Origin: Gaiellaceae bacterium
Lineage (GTDB): Bacteria > Actinomycetota > Thermoleophilia > Gaiellales > Gaiellaceae
NCBI GenBank assembly: GCA_035264445.1
Contig: DATFQE010000283.1
Location: 1 to 34,179, forward strand
Reading direction: 5' to 3'
Length of the DNA stretch: 34,179 bases
Numbering within the stretch: position 1 is the first letter of the stretch; the number at the start of each line of letters is the position of its first letter. The translations under genes and the position numbers were made by a program. Below the pieces are notes generated by a model that did not search any database, was not told the origin of the DNA, and worked only from the letters and a program-made list of their open reading frames with translations. This document shows positions 1 through 8,309 of this stretch, piece after piece.

Positions 1-1
1 C

Positions 2-769
<768 letters not shown>

Positions 770-780
770 GGCAGCACTAA

Positions 781-814
781 GGGGAAGGCCGGGCCAGAGG
801 GCCGGCCTTCCCCT
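781..814 (+). terminator. GC-rich hairpin immediately after groEL (putative intrinsic terminator)
   Basis: GGGGAAGGCCGG (781-792) is the exact reverse complement of CCGGCCTTCCCC (802-813), with a 9-nt loop, 12 nt after the groEL stop. There is no real U-tract, as is common in high-GC genomes. Confidence 0.55.
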
Positions 815-1004
815 ATGGCCCAGGGGCTTCTCTGCGCCGGTACTGTGGTGCGTGGGCCGGCGGGGTGTAGCGAGTGGCGCGCACGCAAGACGGTGGAACT
901 CGCGCTCGACGGCCGCGCGGCCACAGTAGAGGTCGCGTCACTGCTGACTGTGCCGCTGGACGCGCGGGCTGAGCGCCTGAACCGCCGCCCACCGCGGGCT
1001 TCCT

Positions 1005-1071
1005 GGGGACAAAATTCCGTTGTTAGTTTTCAGATGTGAGAACTCAGCCACTTTTGCAGGTGTTTTAGAGC
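1005..1071 (-). repeat. Composite-repeat copy A (truncated: left arm only, no tRNA-derived core)
   Basis: GGGGACAAAATTCCGTTGTT, then hairpin AGTTTTCA-GATG-TGAGAACT (1025-1044), then CTTTTGCAGGTGTTTTAGAGC. This is collinear with the left arms of copies B, C and E. Similarity stops at 1071, where the other copies continue into GCGGATGATGGG. Confidence 0.6.
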
Positions 1072-1737
1072 TCCGAAGCGCCTCCTCGTGGAGGCCCGTC
1101 CTGGGCGTGCGCGGTCGGGCGCTCGACTCGAACAGGAGCCTCGCATCGGAGCCTCCAAAGAATTCCCAGGCTGGTTCAAGGAACGCCGTCCCCAGGAAGA
1201 CCCAGACCGAGCGGGAAGACGCACACCGAGCGGGATCCTGACGGTGAACCAGGCTGTGCGCACAACAGAGAACTGGCCCTGCTGAGTCGAACTCTGTTCG
1301 CCTTAGCTCTAACGCCTCGCGCGCCGGATGGCGCCTCGGTGGGTTCTGGGCTTAGGCCGGAATCCTGGCTGCAGGGCCAGCCCACACCACTCTACACCTA
1401 ACTTTGTGTTTCCGTGCAGTGGCGGTACCCCGTTTCGGTTGCCACGGCTTTGGACGCGACTGCCGTCGGTAGGTCGTTCCTCATCATCATCTGTCTGAGC
1501 CGGGCCGGCTTTGACGGGCATTCGCTTCGCGTTCCAGCCGCCGATCTCTTTGCTCATCGCGGAAGCGGAGGTCGCCGACATCTGCGTGGACTGATTAGCG
1601 GGCGTGCACGACCAGATCGCCAGCGTCGACATCGCCGCACCCGGGAGCGTTGCCGCATTGAGCAACGTCGCCAATCACGAGAACGGTCAGATCCTCCGCC
1701 TCGCGTCGACGAACGCCAGTGTTCAACGGCGCGCCTC

Positions 1738-2628
1738 TCACGGTCGCAGGGTTATCCCGCTCTGCCGCTCCACAGGGCTGAAGCCGACCGAGCGTAGACG
1801 GAGCCGTAGCTGGTGGAGCACCTCCGCCCACAGCGTTGCAGGCTCCGCGCCGTACGCTCTGGCGAAGTCGTCGAGCACCCCCGGATCCGCCTGCTCGAGC
1901 AGATCGTTCCCGAGCGCCTGGAACCCCTCGGCGATCTCCTCGATCAGCGCTCGGGCGCGGGCGCCGTCGCGGGTCAGCCGGCGGCGCGCGTAGGAGACGC
2001 CGATGCCGATGTGGCGCACTTCGTCCCGCACGGCGAACCGCTGCGCCGCACGCAGGCCGGGGAACGAGCCGACCCGCTCGAACTGCGCCGCGACGAAGTT
2101 CTGGTTCGCACGCCCAATCGACCCTTCCCCGATCAAGTGGTAGGCGGTCACGGCCCTCAGGAAGCTGTCCTCGTCACGGCTTGCCTCGAGCGCGTGGATG
2201 ATCCCGTCGAGCGCCGCATAGAGCGCGGCGGCGACGGGATCGAGCTGCGCATCCGCGAGCGCCTTGACTGCCGCGATCCCACCCTCGACCGCGAAGACGT
2301 CCGAGTACACGCGCAGGACCGACTCGATGTGGCGGTGCTCGTCGGCCACCTGCGTCGCGAGCAGGAGCTGCACATCGTAGTCGGGCGCGGCGAGCAGGAA
2401 GGGCGCGAGCAGTGCGGCGACGTTGAACTCGGCCTGGAAGCGGTGCGCGAACACCGAGACGAGGCCGTCGCGCGTCGCCTCGTCGAGGGCCGCGAAGCTG
2501 GCGGCATCGGTCGAGAAGTCGATCGCAAACGGCGACCACTGGTGCCGCTCCCAGTGCTCGTAGAGCGCTCTGAACGGCCGCCCTTCCGCGAGCTCCTGGA
2601 TCTGCATTTCCCCCCAGCCGACGCGCAT
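1738..2628 (-). CDS. Ferritin-like diiron protein related to the ribonucleotide reductase small subunit (R2-like)
   Basis: 296-aa ORF with high GC3. It has the R2-type N-terminal pattern HQWSPFAIDFSTDAASFAALDEATRDG and two E-x-x-H diiron motifs (ADEHRHIE, RDEVRHIG). An alternative start is the Met at 2607. Confidence 0.8.
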   Translation of the reverse strand: MRVGWGEMQIQELAEGRPFRALYEHWERHQWSPFAIDFSTDAASFAALDEATRDGLVSVFAHRFQAEFNVAALLAPFLLAAPDYDVQLLLATQVADEHRHIESVLRVYSDVFAVEGGIAAVKALADAQLDPVAAALYAALDGIIHALEASRDEDSFLRAVTAYHLIGEGSIGRANQNFVAAQFERVGSFPGLRAAQRFAVRDEVRHIGIGVSYARRRLTRDGARARALIEEIAEGFQALGNDLLEQADPGVLDDFARAYGAEPATLWAEVLHQLRLRLRSVGFSPVERQSGITLRP

Positions 2629-2817
2629 GCAAGCAGCACCTAATCATGCGCCCGCCAATGGGGCGGCCCGCTGCTCGAGACACGAGAAAGGGGGTCTGCC
2701 CCGCTGCAGCTCACGGCGACGACGAGCGAGGCGCGCGCACTCATCCGGCGCACAACACACACAAGAAGGGGAGCGCCGCCACAAAGCCTGGGCGTGCGCG
2801 TCCGGGAGAGAATTGTT

Positions 2818-3042
2818 ATGGGCGGCGACGAGGGGCCGGCGTTTTGCGTCATCGACGCTTTGATCGACGCCGCCGAGGTCAAACGCGAGGGGATAGTCGC
2901 CACAACGTTCGACGTCGCCCTGGCGAAGTTCAACCGCTTCCAGAGCGACGACAGCTCCTATGAGCACCAGGTCGACCTGCCGACGGCGCTCGGGGCGGCG
3001 CTGATTGGCGCCGAGAGGGCCCCCGATACATGCCCCTTTTAG
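2818..3042 (+). CDS. Hypothetical small protein (74 aa)
   Basis: ATG at 2818 is preceded by GGGAGAG. GC3 is strongly biased across the ORF (MGGDEGPAFCVIDALIDAAEVKREG...). The TAG stop (3040-3042) abuts the first GGACAAAG of repeat copy B. I recognise no family. Confidence 0.5.
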   Translation: MGGDEGPAFCVIDALIDAAEVKREGIVATTFDVALAKFNRFQSDDSSYEHQVDLPTALGAALIGAERAPDTCPF

Positions 3043-3380
3043 GACAAAGTTGCGTTCTTAGTTCTCAGATGTGAGAACTAAACATTAACTTTTCCAGGTC
3101 TTTTAGAAGCGGATGATGGGACTCGAACCCACGACCTTCTGCATGGCAAATCGCGAAATCCGATGCAGCATGACCCATTATCCGCATTGGGCAGCCATGT
3201 TCCATGCAGCACGGTTAGGTTAGATCGACGTATTCGGGGACAAGATTCGGGACAAAGAACGTTTGCTGTTCCGAAAACGCGAAGTCTACGCAAGTGCGGG
3301 CGGGGTCGACCCAGGCCCGACCCGCGGCACCTAGGCCCGCCTTCCCGTGCGAGGAAAGCCACGCGACCTCCAAGCACTCA
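3042..3380 (-). repeat. Composite-repeat copy B (full length, B/E subfamily)
   Basis: Order of parts: GGACAAAG (3042), 10-bp hairpin 3058-3081, TTTTCCAGGTCTTTTAGAA, tRNA-Gly-derived core (40-nt block 3109-3148 identical to copies D and E), TTAGGTTAGATCGACGTATTC, GGGGACAA (3236) and GGGACAAA (3249). A right extension aligns with copy E up to about 3380. Confidence 0.85.
3108..3185 (-). pseudogene. tRNA-Gly(GCC)-derived pseudo-tRNA inside copy B
   Basis: Minus strand reads GCGGATAATGGG...TTGCCAT-GCAGA-AGGTC-GTGGG-TTCGAGT-CCCAT-CATCCGC-T. The T arm, variable loop, GCC-containing 7-nt loop, 3' acceptor strand and U73 are all recognisable. There is no pairing partner for the anticodon stem and no canonical D arm. 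Confidence 0.6.
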
Positions 3381-3736
3381 CGTTCAGGTCAGTGATGCGC
3401 CGGCGACTCGTCGGGCTCGCCGCCGCGGCGGGCTGACTGCGATCGCTGGAGCGGTCGAAAAGCGGTTCGCCCGGCGTGACTCTCGTGCCATACCCGCTAC
3501 GAGCCGCCCTGCGACGGCCCGCGTCGCGTCTTGCGCCGTCCGCGGTCTACCGGCACCCTGAAACTGTGGGCGGGCATCAGGTCATTGTCGGGGTGAGTAC
3601 TCACCATGATGGGTGCGCTCGCCGACATCTCGGCGGACACGCTGGAGATCCTGCGCGGGCCAGCTCGACGAAGCGGCAGAGCGCGCTTGCTCGAGGCGAA
3701 GCGGTGAGCGTGGGCGCGCGCGTCGTCGGCGTGAGC

Positions 3737-4192
3737 ATGGCCTGGCTGATCGCAGGTGTCGTCCTCGTCGCGGCGAGCTCCGCCTGCGGTGGCGAGGACA
3801 CGCCCGCCATGCCGTCCGCGCCCGCGCAACGGATGCTGGCAGAGCGCTTCGCCGCCGCCGTCTTCGGCGGCGACACGGTCGGCGCTCGCGCCTTGCTGCT
3901 GCATCGAGACGAGCCTGCCCTCCTCTTCCTCGTACGCCGGGCGACAGCGCCGTGGCGGAGGCAGCACGCGTCGATCGACCTCCCCGCCCGGCGTCGCGGT
4001 GATCGTTGGGAGGTGCGCTACGCGGGCAAGCGCACGCATCGCGACGGACGATTCGAGCTCGAGAGGGGAGCTCTGCACGTGTTCGTCGCACCGTCGGCTG
4101 CGGAGGCGCGTGTCCGGTTCTTCGCCTTCGCGGGCGTTCGCACCCGCTTCAGCACGCACCACGATTCCGAGCTGCTGCCGTCCAAGCGGTAG
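3737..4192 (+). CDS. Putative secreted protein or lipoprotein (151 aa)
   Basis: ATG at 3737 gives MAWLIAGVVLVAASSACGGEDTP, a hydrophobic signal segment followed by a Cys in a lipobox-like context. The upstream part of the 3476 ORF is Arg-rich and looks non-coding. No family recognised. Confidence 0.5.
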   Translation: MAWLIAGVVLVAASSACGGEDTPAMPSAPAQRMLAERFAAAVFGGDTVGARALLLHRDEPALLFLVRRATAPWRRQHASIDLPARRRGDRWEVRYAGKRTHRDGRFELERGALHVFVAPSAAEARVRFFAFAGVRTRFSTHHDSELLPSKR

Positions 4193-4209
4193 CGAAGTAC
4201 AGTCGCGGC

Positions 4210-5124
4210 ATGACGTTCCGCCTCGCAAGCGCGCCGTGCACGTGGGGCGTCTGGGAACGCACGATCGACCGTGACGACGTCATCCCCCCCGACCGGATGG
4301 TGGAGACGGTGCGCGAGCTCGGCTACAGCGGCATCGAGCTGGGCCCACCCGGGTACTTTGGAGACGATCCCGACACCGTCGCCGAGCTGCTCGGGTCGTA
4401 CGGGCTCGAGCTCGTCGGCGCGTTCGCGCCACTCCGCATCGACGACGAGGAGGGGTTTCGCGACGACCTCGCGTTCCTCGACCGGACGATCGGATTCCTC
4501 GCCGCGACCGGGGCGCGCGGCCCGGTGGTGCTCGCTGGCGCGGAAAACGACGTCCGGCTGGCGGCCGCCGGACGGCCCGACCAGACCTACGCCACCGGCC
4601 TGAAGGGCGACGACCTCGCGCGGGCGGCCGACCGGATCGAGCGCGCCGCCGACCGCGCGCGCGAGGGCGGAGTCGCGTCCGCGTTCCACCCGCATACCGC
4701 CACGTACATCGAGAACCCCGACGAGGTCTCGGCGCTCCTGGACGCGACCGACCCAGAACTGGTCAGGCTCGCGTTCGATACCGGTCACACCGTCGTTGGC
4801 GGCGGCGACGCTGTCGAGCTCGCGCGATCCGCGCGCGGCCGCATCGGACACCTTCACCTCAAGGACGTCGACCCTGCGGCGCTCGCGCGCGTTCGCTCCG
4901 GGGAGCTAGCGGTGGAGGAGGCATGGGATGCAGGACTCTTCTGTCCGCTCGGCGAGGGGTCCGTCGACTTCTCGGCCGTGCTGTCGGCCCTGCACGGCTA
5001 TGACGGCTGGGCGGTGGTGGAGCAGGACCGGGTCGCCGTGCAGCTCGGCGACCTGGCCACGATCCGCGACGTCGAGCAGCGCAACCTCGCGGTCCTCGAA
5101 GAGGCCGCTACACACTTAACCTGA
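4210..5124 (+). CDS. Sugar phosphate isomerase/epimerase, xylose-isomerase-like TIM barrel (IolE/MocC-like class)
   Basis: ATG at 4210. Motifs include MTFRLASAPCTWGVW, GYSGIELGPPG, AFHPHTATYIE, RLAFDTGH and IGHLHLKDV, typical of the AP-endonuclease-2/xylose-isomerase-like fold. Confidence 0.85.
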   Translation: MTFRLASAPCTWGVWERTIDRDDVIPPDRMVETVRELGYSGIELGPPGYFGDDPDTVAELLGSYGLELVGAFAPLRIDDEEGFRDDLAFLDRTIGFLAATGARGPVVLAGAENDVRLAAAGRPDQTYATGLKGDDLARAADRIERAADRAREGGVASAFHPHTATYIENPDEVSALLDATDPELVRLAFDTGHTVVGGGDAVELARSARGRIGHLHLKDVDPAALARVRSGELAVEEAWDAGLFCPLGEGSVDFSAVLSALHGYDGWAVVEQDRVAVQLGDLATIRDVEQRNLAVLEEAATHLT

Positions 5125-6138
5125 GCTCCACGGCCAGTCGGGACCGACCTCGAGCGGGCGCGCGAGAACGGCACTCGCACGCGCCGCCACGCCGACCGCG
5201 ACGGCGCGGCGGTCGTCGTCCACGCCGGGCCCGGCAGGGCGCTTGCCGGTGCAGGCGGCGACGAACGCAGCGAGCTCCGCGACATAGGCGTCCGCGAACA
5301 GCTCTCGGTAGTCCTGCGGGAACGTGGCGCCGTCGGCGCGCCGCATCACCGTCACGCCCTCCCGGGAGCCGGCGTTGCCGACGAAGATGGATCCTTCGTC
5401 GCCGACGACTTCGACCCGGACTTCGTGCCCCCACGGGCACGTCCGTGAGACGTGCAGCGCGGCGATCCCGCCGCCGTCGAAGCGAACCGTCACCGCGGCG
5501 TTGTCGAGGTCGCCCATCGTTTCGAGCTCTGGATAGACCGAAGCCTGGCGCGCGACGAAGACCTCGATCGGCTCCTGCCCGAGGAACCAACATGCGGCGT
5601 CGTAGTCGTGCGATGCCATGTCGACGAGGAAGCCCCCGGTCGGCCTCGGGTCCTCGGGCTCCGGCGTCCGCACGTCGCGGGCGACCCCGAGGACGAGGAG
5701 TGGCCGGCCGATGGCGCCCTCCGCGACGCGGCGCTGCGCTTCGCGCCAGCGCGCGTCGAAGCGGCGGTGGTAGCCGACCTGCACGACGCACTCCGGGTGC
5801 GCGGCGGCGGTGGCTCGGACAGCCGCGTGGCCGGCAACCGAGGTTGCACCCGGCTTCTCGAGGAAGAGGTGCTTGCCGGCCTCGAGCACCGCGCAGGCGT
5901 GCACCGCGTGGTCTACCGAGCGGGCGGCGAGGATCACCGCGTCCACGTCCTCGGCTGCAAAGAGCTCGTCGTAAGTCGACCCACCCACACCGAGCTCGGC
6001 CGCAGCGGCAGCCGCCTGCTCGGGCCGTGTCGACGCGACCGCGACGAGCCGCGCGCCCTTCAGCTGGGCCGCGTTCCGGGCGTGGACTCGCCCCATCCCG
6101 CCGAGCCCTGCGACACCGATGCGGAGCACGCTTGACAT
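5116..6138 (-). CDS. Gfo/Idh/MocA family NAD(P)-dependent oxidoreductase (inositol-dehydrogenase-like)
   Basis: N-terminal Rossmann motif LRIGVAGLGGMGRVHARN, then HLFLEKP and the C-terminal alpha/beta domain. It converges on the isomerase gene with a 9-nt overlap. Confidence 0.9.
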   Translation of the reverse strand: MSSVLRIGVAGLGGMGRVHARNAAQLKGARLVAVASTRPEQAAAAAAELGVGGSTYDELFAAEDVDAVILAARSVDHAVHACAVLEAGKHLFLEKPGATSVAGHAAVRATAAAHPECVVQVGYHRRFDARWREAQRRVAEGAIGRPLLVLGVARDVRTPEPEDPRPTGGFLVDMASHDYDAACWFLGQEPIEVFVARQASVYPELETMGDLDNAAVTVRFDGGGIAALHVSRTCPWGHEVRVEVVGDEGSIFVGNAGSREGVTVMRRADGATFPQDYRELFADAYVAELAAFVAACTGKRPAGPGVDDDRRAVAVGVAARASAVLARPLEVGPDWPWSSG

Positions 6139-6161
6139 GCCGGGGGCGACTATGACAGCGT

Positions 6162-6194
6162 CGCAATCGCTTGCGCAACCGTTTGGGAAACGGT
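6162..6194. promoter_or_regulatory. Two candidate LacI-type operator palindromes in the divergent promoter region
   Basis: CGCAATCGCTTGCG (6162-6175) matches its own reverse complement at 12 of 14 positions and fits the TGNAANCGNTTNCA operator style. ACCGTTT-GGG-AAACGGT (6178-6194) is a perfect 7-bp inverted repeat. Confidence 0.35.
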
Positions 6195-7202
6195 CGGGTG
6201 GTCACGCTCGCGGACGTCGCAAAGCACGCGGGAGTCTCGGCGTCGACTGCATCGCGGGCGCTTAACGGACGCGGCGAGATGTTCCCGGAGACGCGCGCGG
6301 CGGTGCTCGAGGCGGCGGACGCGCTCCAGTTCGAGCCCTCGCTGCTCGCGCGCTCACTACGCACCCGGACGACGTGGACGGTCGGCTTCGTCGTCCCCGA
6401 CGTCTCGAGCCCGTTCTACGCGTCGGCGCTGAAGGGCGCGCAGACGGCCCTGGAGGAGGCGGGGTACCGCGTGATGCTGATGGATTCGCGCCAGGACCCC
6501 GGCGGCGAGCTCGCCGCACTCCGGACGCTGCTCAACCACCAGGTCGACGGCCTCCTGCTCTCGACCGTCGGGATCAACCGCAAGCAGTTCCGGGCGACCG
6601 TGGAGCGACGCGGGACACCCTGTGTCTTCTTCGACAGCGTCGTCCCGCGCGCCGGCGAGGGCAGCGTCCTCCTCGACAATGCGGCCGGCATCGAGCACCT
6701 CGTCGACCACCTGGTCGGCCACGGCCATCGGCGGATCGCACTACTCACGGGCTCACTGGTCGAGACGTCCGGCCACGAGCGGCTCGACGCGTTTCGCGCC
6801 GCGATGGCCCGCCACGGCCTCGACGTGCTGGACGCCCACCTCCGCGGCGGTCGCTGGTCGAGCGATGCCGGCCGGGAGGGGACGCTCGAGCTCCTCGCCG
6901 CCGACCCAAGGGTCACGGCGATCGTCGCATCGAGCGTGGAGCTCGCGCTCGGCTGCATGTTCGCCTGCCGGGAGCGCTCCGTGCGGATCCCGGACGACCT
7001 CGCGTTGGCGGCGTTCGACGACGCTTACTTCGCCGAGCTGCTCGACCCCTCGCTGACCGCCGTGGCCTACGACCCAGCGGAGGTCGGCAGCGCCGCCACG
7101 GCGCTCCTCGTCGAAGCGATGCAGCACGGGAATGCAACCCGGCGCGAGCTCAAGGTTCCCGTCAACCTCGTCACGCGCGAATCCTGCGGCTGCACGCCAT
7201 GA
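6171..7202 (+). CDS. LacI family transcriptional regulator
   Basis: N-terminal HTH VTLADVAKHAGVSASTASRALNG followed by a periplasmic-binding-protein-like sugar-binding core. The start is uncertain: TTG at 6171 or GTG at 6198. The stop overlaps the next gene as ATGA. Confidence 0.9.
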   Translation: MRNRLGNGRVVTLADVAKHAGVSASTASRALNGRGEMFPETRAAVLEAADALQFEPSLLARSLRTRTTWTVGFVVPDVSSPFYASALKGAQTALEEAGYRVMLMDSRQDPGGELAALRTLLNHQVDGLLLSTVGINRKQFRATVERRGTPCVFFDSVVPRAGEGSVLLDNAAGIEHLVDHLVGHGHRRIALLTGSLVETSGHERLDAFRAAMARHGLDVLDAHLRGGRWSSDAGREGTLELLAADPRVTAIVASSVELALGCMFACRERSVRIPDDLALAAFDDAYFAELLDPSLTAVAYDPAEVGSAATALLVEAMQHGNATRRELKVPVNLVTRESCGCTP

Positions 7203-8308
7203 CGACGCAGCAGCCGGGCGCGATCACGCTACGCCTTGTCAGCAAGCGCTATGGCAGCCACCTTGCTCTGGAGGCGATAGACCTCGAGATCGGCGAGGGT
7301 GAGTTCTTCTGCCTGCTCGGCCCGTCCGGCTGCGGCAAGACGACGACTTTGAACCTGATCGGCGGATTCGTCGCGCCCACCACCGGCGAGATCTATATCC
7401 GAGGGCAGCGCGTCGACCGGCTGCCGCCGCACCGGCGGAGCGTCAACACGGTCTTCCAGTCGTACGCGCTCTTCCCGCACATGACCGTACGGGCGAACGT
7501 CGGCTTCGGCCTGAAGATGGCGCGGGTGAACACGTCGGAGTCTGAGGAGCGGATCGCAGAGGCGCTGGCGCTCGTCGGCCTCGAGACCCTCGGCGACCGT
7601 CTGCCGGCCCAGCTCTCCGGCGGCCAGCAGCAGCGCGTCGCCGTCGCGCGGGCCCTGGTGAACCGGCCGGCCGTGCTCCTGCTGGACGAGCCGCTCGGCG
7701 CACTGGACCTCAAGCTGCGCAAGCGGCTCCAGCTCGAGCTCTCGCAGATCCACCGCGACGTCGGCACTACGTTCGTCTACGTGACGCACGATCAGGAGGA
7801 GGCAATGTCGGTGTCGTCGCGGATCGCGGTGATGAGCGAGGGCCGGATTCGCCAGATCGGGACACCAAGCGAGATCTACTTCAAGCCGAACTCGCGCTTC
7901 GTCGCCGACTTCATCGGCGAGTCCAACTTCCTCGACGTAGACGCAAAGGACGCGTCGAGGGGGACCGTGTACCTGCCTGACGGACGCGCCCTGCCGGCGC
8001 TGGCGAACGGCTGGGTCGGCGGGCGCCAGGCGACGTTGATGGTGCGGCCCGAGTCCGTCCACGTCGGCGACCCGGCCGACGTGCCGGAGGCGTTGCTCCG
8101 CGGCAGGATCGTCCAGACCTCGTTTCTCGGTAGTCAGACCAGGGTCGCCGTGAGCACCGACGCCGTCGACGCCCCCATTACGGCCGCGCAGTTCGGGCGC
8201 GACCGCGCGCTCACACGCGACCTCAATCCTGACAGGGAGGTGGCCATCTGGTGGAGCAGGGAAGACGCAGTGCTGTTGCCCGAAGAATCGACAGAGGAGG
8301 CTGAATAA
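7199..8308 (+). CDS. ABC transporter ATP-binding protein (PotA/spermidine-putrescine type)
   Basis: ATG at 7199. Walker [13 protein letters not shown], signature [15 protein letters not shown], Walker [12 protein letters not shown], plus a C-terminal TOBE-like domain. The 275 upstream codons of track ORF 6374..8308 are Arg/Pro-rich out-of-frame lacI sequence. Confidence 0.93.
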   Translation: MTTQQPGAITLRLVSKRYGSHLALEAIDLEIGEGEFFCLLGPSGCGKTTTLNLIGGFVAPTTGEIYIRGQRVDRLPPHRRSVNTVFQSYALFPHMTVRANVGFGLKMARVNTSESEERIAEALALVGLETLGDRLPAQLSGGQQQRVAVARALVNRPAVLLLDEPLGALDLKLRKRLQLELSQIHRDVGTTFVYVTHDQEEAMSVSSRIAVMSEGRIRQIGTPSEIYFKPNSRFVADFIGESNFLDVDAKDASRGTVYLPDGRALPALANGWVGGRQATLMVRPESVHVGDPADVPEALLRGRIVQTSFLGSQTRVAVSTDAVDAPITAAQFGRDRALTRDLNPDREVAIWWSREDAVLLPEESTEEAE

Positions 8309-8309
8309 C

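Noticed and set aside
815-1039. 74-aa plus-strand ORF between the groEL terminator and repeat copy A.
   Set aside because: It has no RBS, only moderate GC3, runs into the repeat and ends inside its hairpin. No recognisable family. Insufficient support to call.
1061-1072. GTTTTAGAGCT in copy A (TTTAGAGC or TTCTAGAGC in the other copies) matches the first 11 nt of the Streptococcus pyogenes type II-A CRISPR repeat.
   Set aside because: There is one occurrence per copy, kilobases apart. There is no regularly spaced repeat-spacer array, no cas genes and no tracrRNA-like anti-repeat. It is a coincidental short match.
1072-1737. Possible tmRNA, RNase P RNA or SRP RNA downstream of groEL, prompted by a TTCGAGT T-loop-like motif and a GCCTCCA-like end on the minus strand near 1085-1135.
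   Set aside because: The T-loop-like motif has no flanking 5-bp stem. I found no GGGG...acceptor pairing and no tag ORF ending in ...AA-stop. The RNase P (GAGGAAAGTCCGGGC, ACAGAAACCCGGCTTA) and SRP (GGAAGGAAGCAGC) consensus blocks are absent on either strand. It remains unassigned rather than called.
5108-6364. 418-aa minus-strand ORF, and similar long Arg/Pro/Gly/Ala-rich ORFs: 2157-2683, 3497-4228, 5445-6155, 7229-8446, 8412-9527, 10298-12025, 15817-16416, 16567-18621, 18447-19400, 23188-23916, 25899-26957, 26569-27651, 31935-32717, 33149-34048 and others.
   Set aside because: They overlap, in other frames or antisense, genes with clear family signatures. Their low-complexity Arg/Pro/Gly composition and rare codons are the usual stop-free shadow ORFs of about 70% GC DNA.
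6374-8308. 644-aa version of the ABC ATPase, and likewise the 746-aa version of the oxidoreductase at 11173-13413, the 372-aa version of the isomerase at 4006-5124, and the 404-aa version of the ATPase at 25076-26290.
   Set aside because: The N-terminal extensions are Arg-rich, out of frame over neighbouring genes. Internal Met starts (7199, 12213, 4210, 26152) give canonical N-termini and stop/start coupling with neighbours.
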